Origin: Leucoraja ocellata
Lineage: Eukaryota
DNA length: 64,000 nt
Direction of reading: 5' to 3'
Assembly (NCBI GenBank): GCA_036785375.1
Contig: JAWMAR010000391.1
Coordinates: 558,001 to 622,000, forward strand
Part shown: positions 24,831 to 38,710 of the stretch, in pieces
Layout: each line of letters starts with the position of its first letter
Position numbering within the stretch: position 1 is the first letter of the stretch
Program-made: the position numbers and the translations under genes
The notes under the pieces: generated by a model
Told to the model about the DNA's origin: nothing
Database searches by the model: none
The model's input: only the letters and a program-made list of their open reading frames with translations

Positions 24831-27033
24831 AATTATATGTAAAAGGATTTTTAAATTCTCTAAATTCAAAAATGGTTCCAATTCTTTTAACCCGTTTGCT
24901 TCATGACTCGCTTTCAGGACACCGTGCGAATGTTATACAGCTTTAGTTTTAACCAGCTTTAAATTATCAGTTTGCACACTATTCCTTCATCTGGATCGTT
25001 AACAGAGAATGAGGACTGATGCTTGAAGCACTCCAACAGCAAATTCACCAACCAGAAAATTGTCTACTTATTCCAATATTTTCTGATGGCCATGCCAATT
25101 CTGCAGACACTAATGCTGTTGAACAATATATATTCTTTATTGATCCAAACTACATCTTCAAAACCCTAAGTACATTTATAAAATGTTATTTCTTTTCCAC
25201 AGATCTGCATATTCTTAATTAGATGTTAAAATTTCTTGTCATCATTTTCATCATGAATTTCGGCCTTTCCTACACATTATGTTAAGCTAACAAAACTGAA
25301 GTTCCCATTATCTATGATTTTTTTTGTGCTGCATAGGTTATCTTCTAATCTTCTGGGGTCACTCGCGAATGCAGAACATTTTGCAAAAAAACTTCAATTG
25401 TATTCTCAATCAAAGTGGGTAAATAAACCTCATGTACAAGTAATATGTTGGCCTTTGGCCCTATTAAATTCCGCAGAAACATTCATTAATATTAATGATC
25501 AATTTCTCATTCATATGACCCATAGTTCTCTATATATAATTTATTGTCATCTACTTTTACAAAATATTTGCCAAATGCCAGAGTCAGTTATTCCCCGATT
25601 ATCTTTCTATCCTGTCTCTTGCAGGGACTTATTTTAACTTTTTCTTTCTTTCCATTAAACAAAGAATGTAGAAGCTTCACAAATATTTCTTGCTTGATTA
25701 CTTGCATAGTCATTCTTACTTAATTTTGGTTTCAATGACCGAATTGCAAATATTTGCCATTCTTCATACTTTCAAAATTTTAATATTACTTACAGAAACC
25801 AGCTCCTCACACCAAGGTTTAATGACTTTCAAATGTAGCATTAGAACTGCAATTTGTCATTTTGGAACTCAACACTCAACAATGTTTCATTAAAAAAATT
25901 CTCAACCAATTCTCCCATGAACTCACCTTAATGTAACTCCATAAATGCCTATAGCTCTCAAAGAACTTTATTTTTGAGTAAATCCAATTTTAGTTAATCC
26001 ACTCCTGATGATTGTGCCTTCAGCTATTGATCCCTAAGTTCAGGAATTATTTTGCTAATGCCTTCGTCTCTTAACACCTTTTTCCTCTCAGATCTTTGAC
26101 AAAACTTTAATCCATATCCCCTAATCCCCTTATGTGGCTCGGAATCAAATATTGGTTGATGGCATTTCTGTGATACATTTTTTTTCAATGTTAAAGACAA
26201 ATATAAATCATTACTCTTCTAGATAATCACTAAACTATTACTATTTGACAATTTGAATCCAGCAGGATTTAAATCTCAAGTTCAGTTCCAAAATGAAAAT
26301 CTGTCTCCATTGAAGTAATACTATAAACACAAAAACGATATAATCTTCAACTTGATTCAGTCAATAATGTCATACTGTGCAGTGGAAAAACTGTCCTGCC
26401 AACGTTTTCAATCGCTTTACTCATATACAACATTTTTAATAACTCAATTCCCCATAAAGATGTTCACAATTGTCGTCAGCACCTCATGTGTCCAAATCAA
26501 AAAATAGATATAGTTATCATTAACACTATGATTATGATGTGCATATCCATTATTTGTGAATACTACAATTTCAACCAAATACCCAAAAGCTTGCTGAAAT
26601 GGCAACCCACTTGCCTCCAGCCTCTGTCATAACTTTCAAAATGTCACTCTTCATTCTTTCGGGAGAACTTCAAAGCTTAGTACATAATCGAATAGGAAGA
26701 CTTCCCAGACAACAGAAGCGGGTTAAACGTCAAAACTGACATCAGAAAATTCTACTTTCAGCATTCCACTTACTAGCATTTTGGATTATTTATAGCTTAG
26801 TATTTGAACTTGCAAGTTCAACAGCCTAAAAATCAGAAGGAATTTATTGTACTTATTTTTTTAATATTACTTCTTTTGAACAAAGCTGATGCTCTGGAAA
26901 ATAAATTGAAAACTTTACTAAATTGTGATCTACCAACATGCAACTTTTAAGATGTGAAATTGTTAAATTAGTGCAAATATAAAATCAAAATTAAAAAAAC
27001 ATAGGATAATATTACACTGGAAATGTTAGTTAA

Positions 27034-27156
27034 CCCTTTGAGTACTGAACGCCCCTTGCAGCTTTCAAAATGTGTGCATTTTCCATCATTCTTGCAAATG
27101 CCGTTTTATTTTAAAGGTTCTGATTTATGAAAATAAATATTATTGTTCTCAAAGGG
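27034..27156. mobile_element. piggyBac-like MITE (123 bp)
   Basis: TTAA|CCCTTTGAG ... CTCAAAGGG|TTAA. Confidence 0.65.
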
Positions 27157-27343
27157 TTAAATCAGCACACATTAGTGTTGTTGATGAATGTCCTTGAGGT
27201 CAGTATTTTGGTTAAAAATCAAACATGAGGGTCTTTTTTTGCTCCCCTGTGAAATTATGCTACTTGTCAAATAATTTTTGTAAACTAGTTTGGGTAATTA
27301 AGTTTTTTTTTAAAGATGCTAAAAGGTTTGATTCAGTACTCAC

Positions 27344-27408
27344 AGATGCCAAAGCTTTTCCAAGTGCATCACCTGTCTGTGCACCCCAAGCTGCATTTCC
27401 TCTGTTCC
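27344..27408 (-). CDS. TCF12: TCF12 exon 12 equivalent, 65 bp, (G)NRGNAAWGAQTGDALGKALAS
   Basis: tatag|GG ... TCT|gtgagt; QTGDALGKALAS motif; phase 1 to 0. Confidence 0.95.
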
Positions 27409-27659
27409 CTATATACAATATAATTGGAGCATAAAACACTTGGATTATTCAAAGGATCAACATTGTTTTTTGCACTTGAATGAAAATTTTGTTCCATATA
27501 TCTTCAATTAATTGCATAAGCTGGATTTTTTTTTTAAATTAAGGAACAAAATTGCAATTTAGCAGTTGCAAGTAATGCAACTTCATTTTTTTTTTTAATC
27601 AATTAGCTGATTATTACTTTCCACTTGGGCGTGGAAGTGAACATTTTTTTGTAACATAC

Positions 27660-27801
27660 CCAAAAGGTTTTCTGATCCATTGACTGGTGGTGTGTGTGAG
27701 GCTGCAGCATAATGGGAGCTGGTACTTCCTCGATGGAAGCTAGACATTGGGGGAAGACTGGGGATGATGTCTGTAGGTGAAACTGAATGTGGTGGATAGT
27801 T
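27660..27801 (-). CDS. TCF12: TCF12 exon 11 equivalent, 142 bp, [47 protein letters not shown]
   Basis: tttttatag|AAC ... TTGG|gtatgt; [10 protein letters not shown] motif; phase 0 to 1. Confidence 0.96.
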
Positions 27802-28160
27802 CTATAAAAATAAAAACACCAAGTAACAACCCTGGATGAGAACAGTCAAATAATTACAGTAGAACCTGCTTAACAGCCATCCTATTTGACAGAGAAGACT
27901 TCCGTGAAACCGCACTAAATCGGAATGGAACTGCTTGGTTCGTACCACAAGAACATGCTTACAAACACCCTTCTTTTTGAAAAATAACTGATTAGATGTA
28001 TTAGTCAAACATGTTAAAGACACATAATCAAAGTAAAATTAAAACTTCACCAACCCTTTACGTTACTGGTGGATTTTGATTTACAAACAACAAATCTACA
28101 ACATAATAATAAGGAACACGTTACTTTGACATGGTCAGATTTTATTATGTCATTTTATAT

Positions 28161-28356
28161 GGGGGGGGACTATGTATAAACACAGCTGTAATTTCTACAT
28201 GGTGAAACCAAAATGTATAAAAATACCTTTTACTAAAATCTGACAATGTGCACCACAATCACATGTGATTTTTTCTATTACAAATCTCAAATTGTGGAGT
28301 ACAGAGGCAAATAAATAAATGATGGGTCTTTGTGCCAAACATTATGGAGGGCACTG
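28161..28356. mobile_element. Solo terminal inverted repeat of the Tc1 family found at 33582-35229
   Basis: Matches 35035-35229; ends ...gagggcactg|TA. Confidence 0.85.
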
Positions 28357-28819
28357 TACATGACTTCATAACTATCAGTCCAGCAACTCAAGATGATCAA
28401 ACACCATAAGCACTAAAGTCTCGCACTTCCTCAACCATGCCTCTTACAAAAAATGTTTTTTGCTCAAATGAAATGAACTGGATTTTAAATATTATTTAAA
28501 ATATATACACAGTTCTTAAAATATCCATTGCAACATCCCTATTTGAAATAAGATTCAATCAAACGTTTAAACTAGTTTTTTTTTAAAAGAAGTCAAAAGC
28601 ATATGGTATTTTCTTGAATTAGAAATTTCAAAATGAACTGAAAATGGTGACACTAAAATGCTAATTTATCCATAGTAATCAAAAACATGCCTCATCATAA
28701 TAGGAGCTTGTGTGCAAGAGATAGTGTTATTAAACACACTTCCTTAATCCACCTCTTGGCGATCTAACTACAGATTGGCTTCACTGGACAATAAATATGG
28801 GGATAGGGAGAAAGAGAGA

Positions 28820-29185
28820 GAGATCTGGTGACTTTTTAGAGATATTATATAAAATCTTGTGGGGAATGGATAAGTTGAACTCACAGAATCTGTTCACCCA
28901 TTATAGGGGAACCAAGACAGGAGGGTGTAGATTGCAGGTAAGAAACAACCCAAGAGGCAACTTTTTCCACAAAGAGTGGTATCTTTATGGAAGAAGCTGT
29001 CAGAGGAAATCTTGAAGGCAGGTACAATAACACCATTTAAAAGACATTTGGCCACACACATGGTTAAGAACGATTGGAGGGGGTATGAACCAAACATGGA
29101 CAAATGGGACTAGCTTAGATGAGACACCTTGGTCGGCACAGAGGAATTGGATCATAGAGCCCGTTTCCATGCTGTATGACTCTAA
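28820..29185 (+). mobile_element. CR1 LINE 3' fragment
   Basis: GDFLEILYKILWG-like piece; gtttccatgctgtatgactcta tail. Confidence 0.75.
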
Positions 29186-30265
29186 AAGAAAAGGTGCCAC
29201 TTAACCGAAAGAAAATAACCAACTTTCTCAAAGAAATAACTTGAAGCCAAAAAATACATAAACCATGAATTAGTTAAACAGACAATTGATATATCTAAAA
29301 TAGTGTATCAGAGGGAGGAAATAAGAATATCAAATAAAGGTTTGGAGCTAACATGTTTACGAGTCAAACAGAAGCTTTCAGTGCTAAAATTCATGATTCT
29401 ACATCTGTATAAACTAACCTCGTGGAATTCACTGCAATATCAAGAGATACACATTTATAAACCCAGAGCAGTTTGCTAAATACATTTGCATATATAATCA
29501 CAACAGTGATAAACTGCATTTCAGAGCCACCCCCATGATTAAATTGATAATTCCATCTTCTCATTCGTCCAAACTAATTAAAAACAAGTTGTCAAATATT
29601 TCATTAATGGCATAATGAAATTGGTGCTCTTTAACAATTGAATGCATCCTTAATAAATTAAGTTTACAATGCAATTAAAAACCAAATCTTTATCAAAAAA
29701 TATTTCATTCTGATTTTCATGAGTTGTAAATTAATATAATTCAAATAACTTCAGGTCAAGCTACTCAATACAAATATGACTCTACTCAACTCTAAAAAAG
29801 ACTTTGTTTCCATTGTTGTTCTAAACAAAATTTGTTAAGAATTAGCCAGAAAAGGTTTGTGCTTCCCAATTGCTCTTTCCATTCCAACTACAGCTGCCAT
29901 TGAATGTAATGCTGATTAAACTCAGCTGCAAATTGACAAAATGCAACTGTTACCTTAGTAACTTGTGCCTTTGCTCCAAACATGAGCTGAAGCACTTGAT
30001 TTTTTATTTTATTGATGTACCTTCTGCTTTGAACATCAAAGCTACTTATTGGAAAACAAAACTTGACATAAATTTACATGATCTCCTTTGCATTTCCCAG
30101 ATTAAGCCCCACAGAACCAACCCGACTGACATATCTCTAAGTATCCTTATCCAATGTATCATATTTAAAATTCTTGGTGTCATGTCAAAATCCCTTCACT
30201 GCCTCACCACTCCCCTTACTCCACTACTACCAACCACTCTCTTACAATTTCTGAATCGTGCATTT

Positions 30266-30465
30266 AAGAAGGAACTGCAGATGCTGGAAAATCGAAGGTA
30301 GACAAAAATGCCGGAGAAACGCAGCGGGTGTAGCAGCATCTATGGAGCGAAGGAAATAGGCAACGTTTCGGGCTGAAGAAGGGTTTCGGCCAGAAACTTT
30401 GCCTATTTCCTTCGCTCCATAGATGCTGCTGCACCCGCTGAGTTTCTCCAGCATTTTGGTCTACC
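30266..30465. mobile_element. Fold-back (inverted dimer) Penelope-derived element
   Basis: Minus arm then plus arm with CTGAAGA at 30373; ttctgaatcRtgcat duplicated at 30249-63 and 30466-80. Confidence 0.85.
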
Positions 30466-30711
30466 TTCTGAATCATGCATCTTTTAAAGTTTATGTCCCC
30501 TGATATGAAAACATTCACTGGAGGGATTAGTTTCTTATCACTGATCAAATTCCACAATCACCTAAGGCACCTTGAAAAGATTATCCCTTAAATATTCTGT
30601 ATTTGGCTGAACATAGGTTTCATGTTTTACAGCTGTTCGGGACTTTTTTTGAAGTCTAAACTTTTCAATCTACCAAGTATAGGAGTAGGCAGTGAACTTT
30701 ATATGCATTCA

Positions 30712-31245
30712 TCCGTGCAGTTTTGGTCCCCTAATTTGAGGAAGGTCATTCTTGCTATTGAGGGTGTGCAGCGTAGATTTACAAGGTTAATTCCCAGGAT
30801 GGCGGGACTGTCATATGCTGAGAGAATGGAGCAGCTGGGCTTGTACACTCTGGAGTTTGGAAGGATGAGAGGGATCTCATTGAAGCATATAAGATTGTTA
30901 CGGGTTTGGACACGCTAGAGGTAGGAAACATGTTCCCGATGTTGGGGGAGTCCAGAACCAGGGGCCACATTTTAAGAATAGGGAGTAAGCCATTTAGAAC
31001 GGAGACGAGGAAACACTTTTTCTCACAGAGAGTGGTGAGTCTGTGGAATTCTCTGCCTCAGTGGGTGGTGGAGGCAGGTTCTCTGGATGCTTTCAAGCGA
31101 GAGCTAGATAGGACTCTTAAAAATAGCGGAGTCAGGGGATATGGGAGGGAAGGCAAGAACGGGGTACTTATCAGCCATGATCATATTGAATGGCGGTGCT
31201 GGCTCGAAGGGCCGAATGGCCTACTCCTGCACCTATTGTCTAATA
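30712..31245 (+). mobile_element. Well-preserved CR1 LINE 3' end
   Basis: VQFWSPNLRK..EGVQRRFTRLIP..TRGH..FFSQRVVSLWNSLP ORF2 C-terminus with one frameshift. Confidence 0.9.
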
Positions 31246-31459
31246 TCTCTGTTTAAGAGATTGAAATTATTGTCTATTATCTCTGCTTAATTAATTATTG
31301 AAATATTAAAACAGATGTAAAGATCCACTTAAAGGTTCATACAAAGATCACCGCAATTCACTCATAACAATTCTCAGCATAAACTTAAAACAAAACCACC
31401 ATTTCACGTTCTGCAAACAATAAAAGTGTAATTAATTGACAAGCACAAATTATCCTTAC

Positions 31460-31596
31460 CAAGCGATCGTGTGTATGGAGATTGTTGTAATTAGTAGATT
31501 GAGAGACATGAGAAGAGTTTCCCAACATTCCTCCATAACCTGGCTGGTGTATTCCATTTGAGGAATTCCAAAGATCAGAAGAATTATGATTTCCTT
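31460..31596 (-). CDS. TCF12: TCF12 exon 10 equivalent, 137 bp, (E)[45 protein letters not shown]
   Basis: atattag|AA ... TTG|gtaagg; phase 1 to 0; overlaps ORF-track 31385..31624. Confidence 0.95.
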
Positions 31597-31916
31597 CTAA
31601 TATGGAAAATAAATTATTTATCAATTACAGAGAAAATCAAAACAGTTTCTTCACAACAATGGAAAATATATAATACAAAAATCAAGGCGTTCAATGACAA
31701 CTGGAGAATAAGCAACATGGCCATAATTCTTAGCAGATTAAATCAATTTTGGATACAAATTCATTACAGATAAATGTAGCAGATGCCAACAATAAAAAAG
31801 TTAATTTATAATTTAGTTGTTATGACCACTATATTATGAATGATTTTATTTGGATTCAAGCAGCATTTTACATAAACAACACAACCTGGAATGCTCTTTA
31901 CTGATTGCGCTCTTCA

Positions 31917-32081
<165 letters not shown>

Positions 32082-32719
32082 TCAAAATTAATGTCAGATT
32101 ATGTGTTTGAAACTCTTATTATTTCTATTCCAAACTTAAATATCAACAATCAAGTATCAAAATAAAATAGCCATTCTAAAAACTACCATTGAAACTGCAA
32201 ACTTTGACATCCCGTGCAAGTGCTGCTGAAATCTGAAGTCTAAGATTCGATGAATGACAGGTTGCACATCTATCATTACACTCAGTGTGTGGTTCAATCA
32301 CGGAGCCCAAACGTGCTTGGGTTCTTCAGAATTACAGTCGGGAAATCACCTGACTGATCACAGATCAGTCTATGCAGTCTATGACTGCATGTTACGATTT
32401 CTGTGAGGATTCATGGATTTAGAGGCAAAGAGGAAAGTAAATTATTTTATTTTCATTATTTTACTTCAACACTTTAAAAAGTTTAGATCTTTTGGTTCTT
32501 TAAATGAATTAATTTTATTTGTGGATTTTAATGAAAAACTAAAACTAAGAAAGTTATTGAGAAGACAAAGCCTTGCCTGCAGTTTTACCTTTTGTTAAAG
32601 TGGCAGAATTATTCACGGGGTAAGGCAAGGACTGTTGGCACAATTTGGTGGATTAGTTACTGCCAGATTCAGGAGCATTTCCATTATCAGACTACTGAAT
32701 GGTCCTCTCATCAGCCAAG

Positions 32720-32962
32720 GGTAAAGCCCTGATTTCTCAATCTTCTCATTGTGGCCCTTGCATTTATTGTAAATCTGCACACTCTCTGTTGCTGCAACAC
32801 TATAATGCTGCAACACTACATTCTGCACTCTGGAATGTTTCCTCTTACACTACCTGTAGTAAACGTGTATGGCTTGATTGCACTCATGTAAAATACGATA
32901 TGACCTGATAGCACACCAAACAAACCTTCCAATATGTCTCAGTACATGCGACCAATACCAAT
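32720..32962 (+). mobile_element. Rex1-type LINE 3'UTR fragment
   Basis: Similar to 59830-60015. Confidence 0.5.
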
Positions 32963-33581
32963 AGTTCATTAATTGAAAGTTTGCTTCAAATTACTTAGCA
33001 AGAAGTATATTTCAGATATGAAAACGCTAGTTCGATGATTAATGAGTGCATATTCGCGTGTAAATATTTTTGTATTTTGTATTTTTAAATCTTTTCAAAA
33101 GCTGTTGTGTTGTTCTTATGAATCCCACACCAAGGGAATGGGAGTTGTACGCCCAACAAACCTTTCCTTTTAAAAAACTATGTGAACAATTTAAACTCGA
33201 TAACAGTTGAATAAGCTGAGAACTTAGCCTCCCTATCAAATCCATGCTTTTGTGCATCAGCATCCTAAGGTTATGTGCTGACCAGAAAAAGAAACCATAT
33301 AATAACATCGTTTTAACTTGGGTCTTAGGGAACTTTGTCATGTGAATTCCATCATTGCTGCACAAACAAACAGCATTTGATCAGCCTGATGTTTAATCTA
33401 TCCACTGTTCACTGAAAACCAAAGAAAAAGGTAGTTTGTGTTTTAATTGTGAGAAAACACTGAGAAAGTTACAAATATATGTTTTACATCAAGAGTCATC
33501 TCCAGTTTCCAACCACTTTTGAACAGAAAAGGAAGAGAGATTTCAACAGTGCCAAGGTATTTTTTACAAAGTCATGATCTA

Positions 33582-35229
33582 CAGTGCCCTCCATAATGTT
33601 GGGGACAAAGACCCATCATTCATTATTTGCCTCTGTACTCCATAATTTGAGATTTGTAATAGAAAAAACTCACATGTGGTTAGAGTGCACATTATCAGAT
33701 TTTAATAACGGCCATTTTTATACATTTTGGTTTCACCATGTAGAAATTACAGCAGTGTTTATACATAGTCCCCCCATTTCAGGGCACTATAATGTTTGGG
33801 ACACAGCAATGTCATGCAAATGAAAGTAGTCATGTTTAGTATTTTGGTGATTATCCTTTGCATGCAATGATTGCTTGAAGTCTGCGATTCATGGACATCA
33901 CCAGTTGCTGGATGTCTTCACTGGTGATGCTCTGCCAGGCCTGTAATGCAGCCATCTTTAGCTTATGCTTGTTTTGGCAGCTAGTCCCCTTCAGTTTTCT
34001 CTTTAGCATATAGAAGGCATGCACAATTGGGTTCAGATCAAGTGATTGACTTGGCCACTCAAGAATTGACCATTTTTTAGCTTTGAAAAAACACCTTTGT
34101 TGCTTTAGCAGTATGTTTGGGATCATTGTCTTGCTGTAGAATGAACTGCCGGCCAATGAGTTTTTGAGGCATTTGGTTGAACTTGAGCAAATAGGATGTG
34201 TTTAAACACTTCGGTATTCATGATGCTACTACCACCAACAGTTGTATCATCAATGAAGATAAGTGAGCCAGTAGCTTCAGCAGACATACATGCCCAGGCC
34301 ATAACACCCCCACCACCGTGTTTCACAGATGAGGTGGTATGCTTTGGATCTTGGGCAGTTCCTTCTCTCCTCCATACTTTGCTCTTGCCGTCACTCTGGT
34401 ATAAGTTAATCTTCGTCTCAGCTGTCCACAAGACATTTTTCCAGAACTGTGGTTGCTCTTTTAAATACTTCTTGGCAAACTGGCCATCTTATTTTTGCGG
34501 TTAACCAGTGATTTGCATCTGCAGTGTAGCCTCTGTATTTCTGTTCATGAAGTCTTCTGCAGACAGTGGTCATTGACAAATCCACACCCGACTCCTGAAG
34601 AGTGTTTCTGATCTTCAGTCAGGTGTTTGGGGATTTTTCTTTATTATAGAGAGAATTCTTCTGTCATCAGCTGTGGAGGTCTTCCTTGGCCTGCCAGTCC
34701 CTTTGCGATTAGTAAGCTCACCAGTGCTCTGTTTCTTCTTAATGATGTTCCAAACAGTTAATTTTGATAAGCCTAAGGTTTGGTTGATGTTTCTAACAGT
34801 TTTATTATTGTTTCTCAGTCTCATAATGGCTTCTTTGACTTTCATTGGTATAACTTTCATCCTCATGTTGATAAACAGCAATAAAAGTTTCTAAAGGTGA
34901 CAGAAAGACTGGAGGAAATACTAGATGATGATAGCTCTCTTAGATCTTCATTCAGGAGGCTTTCAAATGCACCTGAGTAATTACAAAGACCTGTGAAGCC
35001 ATGTGTCCTAAACATTATTGTGCCCTGAAATGGGGGGGGGGGGACTGTAAAAACACAGCTGTAATCTCTACATGGTGAAACAAAAATGTAAACAAATCGC
35101 CTTTAATAAAATCTGACAATGTGCACTTTAACCACATGTGAGTTTTTTCTATTATACATCTCAAATTATGGAGTACAGAGGCAAATAATGAATGATGGGT
35201 CTTTGTCCCCAACATTATGGAGGGCACTG
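33582..35229 (-). mobile_element. Full-length fossil Tc1/mariner DNA transposon (IR/DR type), 1648 bp
   Basis: TA|CAGTGCCCTCCATAATG TIRs of about 220 bp, TA duplication; frameshifted transposase pieces GRPRKT, WTAETKI, VKHGGGGVMAW, WPSQSLDLNPI. Confidence 0.95.
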
Positions 35230-35287
35230 TATATATTCTTTATATTATTGCCACATTTAGCAAATAAAATGGTAATGTGTAAACATG

Positions 35288-35586
35288 TGGTGTAGCAGTA
35301 GAGTTTCAGGGTATACAGTGCCAGAGACCCGGGTTCAATTCCGACTACGAGTGCTATCCGTATGGAGTTTGTACATTCCCCCCTTGATCGCGTGGGTTTT
35401 CTCCGAGATCTTTGGTTTCCTCCCACACTCCAAAGACGTACAGGTTTGTAGGTTAATTGTCTTGGTATAAATTGTAAATTATCCCTAATGTGTGTCCCTA
35501 GTGTTAATGTGTGGGGATCGCTGGTCGGTGTGGACTCAATGGGCTGAAGAACCTGTTCCGGCGCTGTATCTCTAAACTAAACTAAA
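35288..35586 (+). mobile_element. tRNA-derived V-SINE (HE1-like)
   Basis: B-box-like ggttcaattcc, V-domain ggagtttgtac...ggtttcctcccacactccaaagac, (taaac)n tail. Confidence 0.85.
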
Positions 35587-38419
35587 GCATTGTTGAAACG
35601 TTTTATACATATTAAGTAATCTTGGCTCTAAATAAGCATTCTATTTTGTAAGCAGCATCTGTTCTTTTTCCTATACTCTTGCCTGTCAAAAATATGCATA
35701 CCTCTCAAATATGCAAACAGCCTCAATTCTTGGATCAAAGGCTTTGTGCACCGAACCTTATTGATGTGGTCTCAATAATTTAATCAACTCCAGATGGAGA
35801 ATCAATAGTCAGCCAATCCACAGAAGGACCGAGTTCCTCCAAGTTATAATCAGAACAGATCACAAATGAGAAACAGATCGAGTCATCCAACCTCCTCCAA
35901 ATCATTTGCCAATTAAACGTTTAACAAGCTACTCACAAGTTTCATCCCACTATCACCACACAGAGCATGAAACTAAACAACAGAGCTTAGAAATATTGCT
36001 TAATTACAATTACAGATAAACACCGTTTTGATGGCTCAAGAAGTGTATCTGGTCACAGAAACCAGAACATCCCATCAATAATGCCCAACCAGTGATGAAA
36101 AGTTTATGTCATGAAAATTAAGTTCGGCAGTACAATAAAAGTGGCTGCAGAAGGGTTGATAACTATCTAGTTTAGTCATGAAGTTAAACATGTCAGCCAC
36201 ATTCAACTGCAATGGCTTCTTACATCCAAAATCCATTGGCACTCAACAGCTAGGTTTACACCTTAACAGAAAGATACCAGACAGCATCCTGTGCCTTTGA
36301 TTTTAAGTACACCCGCCATAGAAATTCAATACTTTCAAGAAAAGCTGGCCAAGAAATCTAAACAACATTTTTCAGCAAATGCCACTCAATAAGTGATTGA
36401 TCAGCAACAAAATTATACAGACATCCATTATGAAACAAGAGTGCAATCCTCAAACCCTTTTCATAGAGTTAATCTTTAATTCATGCATTTACAAACTGGA
36501 AACAGATTGAACAGATGAGCATGTCATTCTTTGAATATACATAATTTTCAGCAGTATAGATCAGACCAGTATTGCACCTGATCCTATTCCTTGTTCTTTT
36601 GATATGCTGGTAGAAATGAACATAATTTTCATGCTGAATCATCAATAAAGCATTTTGGTGGACAATATGCCTGCCTGGCAGAAAGTGAAGCTCAATAGAA
36701 TCTTAGAAGAATCCACAGGAGTTAAAGCAAAAAGCTAATAAAACTCATCTTTACTGACACAGCCCTCGTTAATGATTTCTGCCGAAAAAAAGTGTTTTTT
36801 TCTAAAAGCAGAAATGCCCTTCGTTTACGACGAATAACACTATTAAATCCACAGGATAAATCTGAACTGCAAACGCAGACCTCCCATTTTAAAGGGAGAT
36901 TAAAGTTCAAAATATCTTTTATTTTTAAACACGTTAACCAAAGTGTCACAACTGTAGTGGCTTAATTGAATATACTTTAATGAACCCATAGCTTAGTGAA
37001 CAGTTGTAGTTATGGCAAACAGTAGTTCAAATATGATGTAATTTACAGCGGGGAGTGACCCTTAAATAACAAAGGCTCTTTAACCCAAATCTCTTGAAAA
37101 CAAATCAGAAAGGTCATTTATTATTTGAATCTCATGGCATCTGCTTTGACCTCATCTCAATAACATATGCTGAAATGTAAGCAGAACCTAATCCACAAGC
37201 AAAATGGCTTGCACTTTAATAAACCCTCTAAATACCAGACTATAAATTACCCAAGTCCCATGATAAGAAGTTTTTATTCAATACAAATGTGTAATTATTA
37301 AAATCATACAATTGGCCTCTTACAGATTTTAAAATGAAGATGGGGTGAGATCAGCGTAATCAATTGAATGATAGATCACACAATGCAAAGGAATAAATTA
37401 GTACCTCGATTATATGTCTACAACATAACAGGAAAGAAAATATTTTGATACGGCATTCAAGCCATTGCTCACGTTTGAAAAAGCATAATATGCCTACTGC
37501 AGCATAAGCTACAAATATCATAAACCTACTGAGAAGCGAAAGAGGATAAACAATGATTTCAGGTTCTTACATTTAATGAACTCCCACTTTTTCTGATCAG
37601 CAGAAGAGCATGGATCATGGATGACTGAAAAGTCTCTTGCTCAATAATCCAGTCATATAGTGTGATGCAAAATGATTTACATCCAAAATTGTGATTGTGT
37701 GCAACTTTTATGGGAACAGGTTCCCATGCATACGCTGCCCACAGCCTCCATGATAAAAGTTGCAGGCTTGGGAGATGCATTCAGTGTCACTCGGACAATA
37801 ATTGCAGTGTATTTTAGTGGAGGGAATCCATCTGTAAGGGAGAGTTTTTGCTGCTCAAAAATACTTTTTCCTGAATAGAATTGAGCCTCAAATGTTATTG
37901 GTAATGTACTCAGCCAGGAATATGCAGAGCATTCCATCATGTTCCCAACTTTGTCATATAAAGAAAAGGTTGAGGTATTATAAATCAAGTGATTATATTT
38001 TAGATATCCAGCCTCTGCCCTTATAGCAACTTGTGAGAATGGTTCAGTTAATCATCGAGCCAACAGTGAACGCTGCATCCCTATCACCATGAGTATTGAT
38101 GGTGGGACTCAACCATGGTAAAACCACCGAATATCAATCGATTCATGGATATTAACATCTCAGTACATCTTAACAAGATTTTAAGTATCACGAACAAACG
38201 TGAGATAGCGTGAACGAGAGGTTTCATATGAATAATATCTGTGCTGGTGCATTCCAATATCAATCCAAAACTTATTCCATTTACTAATGTCTTGCCCTGT
38301 ATCTTCCATATTTTAAATATTTATCTCCACTAATAAAAACTTTTAAATATATTCTTAAAATAATGAAATAATCAACTAATTACATCCTACTTTATATTAA
38401 CTTCCATATTTTCTTACAA

Positions 38420-38710
38420 GATAGATGGCCATTCAGCCCATTAAGGACATGCTGACACAGGGAACTCTCCCATTCCCGCAATAATTTTTCATGTAATGTA
38501 TTCTCTCCACATTCCCATCAATTCTATCACCCTTCTATACAGCAGGGGCAATATACATTGGCCAATTAAACTGCCAACTCAAATCTGTGATATGTGGTAG
38601 GAAATTGGAGCACCAGAAGAAAATCAACGTGGTTACAGGGAGCACATCAAACTGACCATACCAGGGCTCAATCCTAATCACTGCGGCTGAGTTAGCAGCT
38701 TCCCAAACTT
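38420..38710 (-). mobile_element. Degenerate V-SINE
   Basis: Decayed similarity to 63672-63964. Confidence 0.45.

Noticed and set aside
30266-30465. Long hairpins (also 44756, 58374, 63460, 6481) as miRNA precursors
   Set aside because: Arms are copies of dispersed repeats with TSDs; no small-RNA evidence from sequence alone
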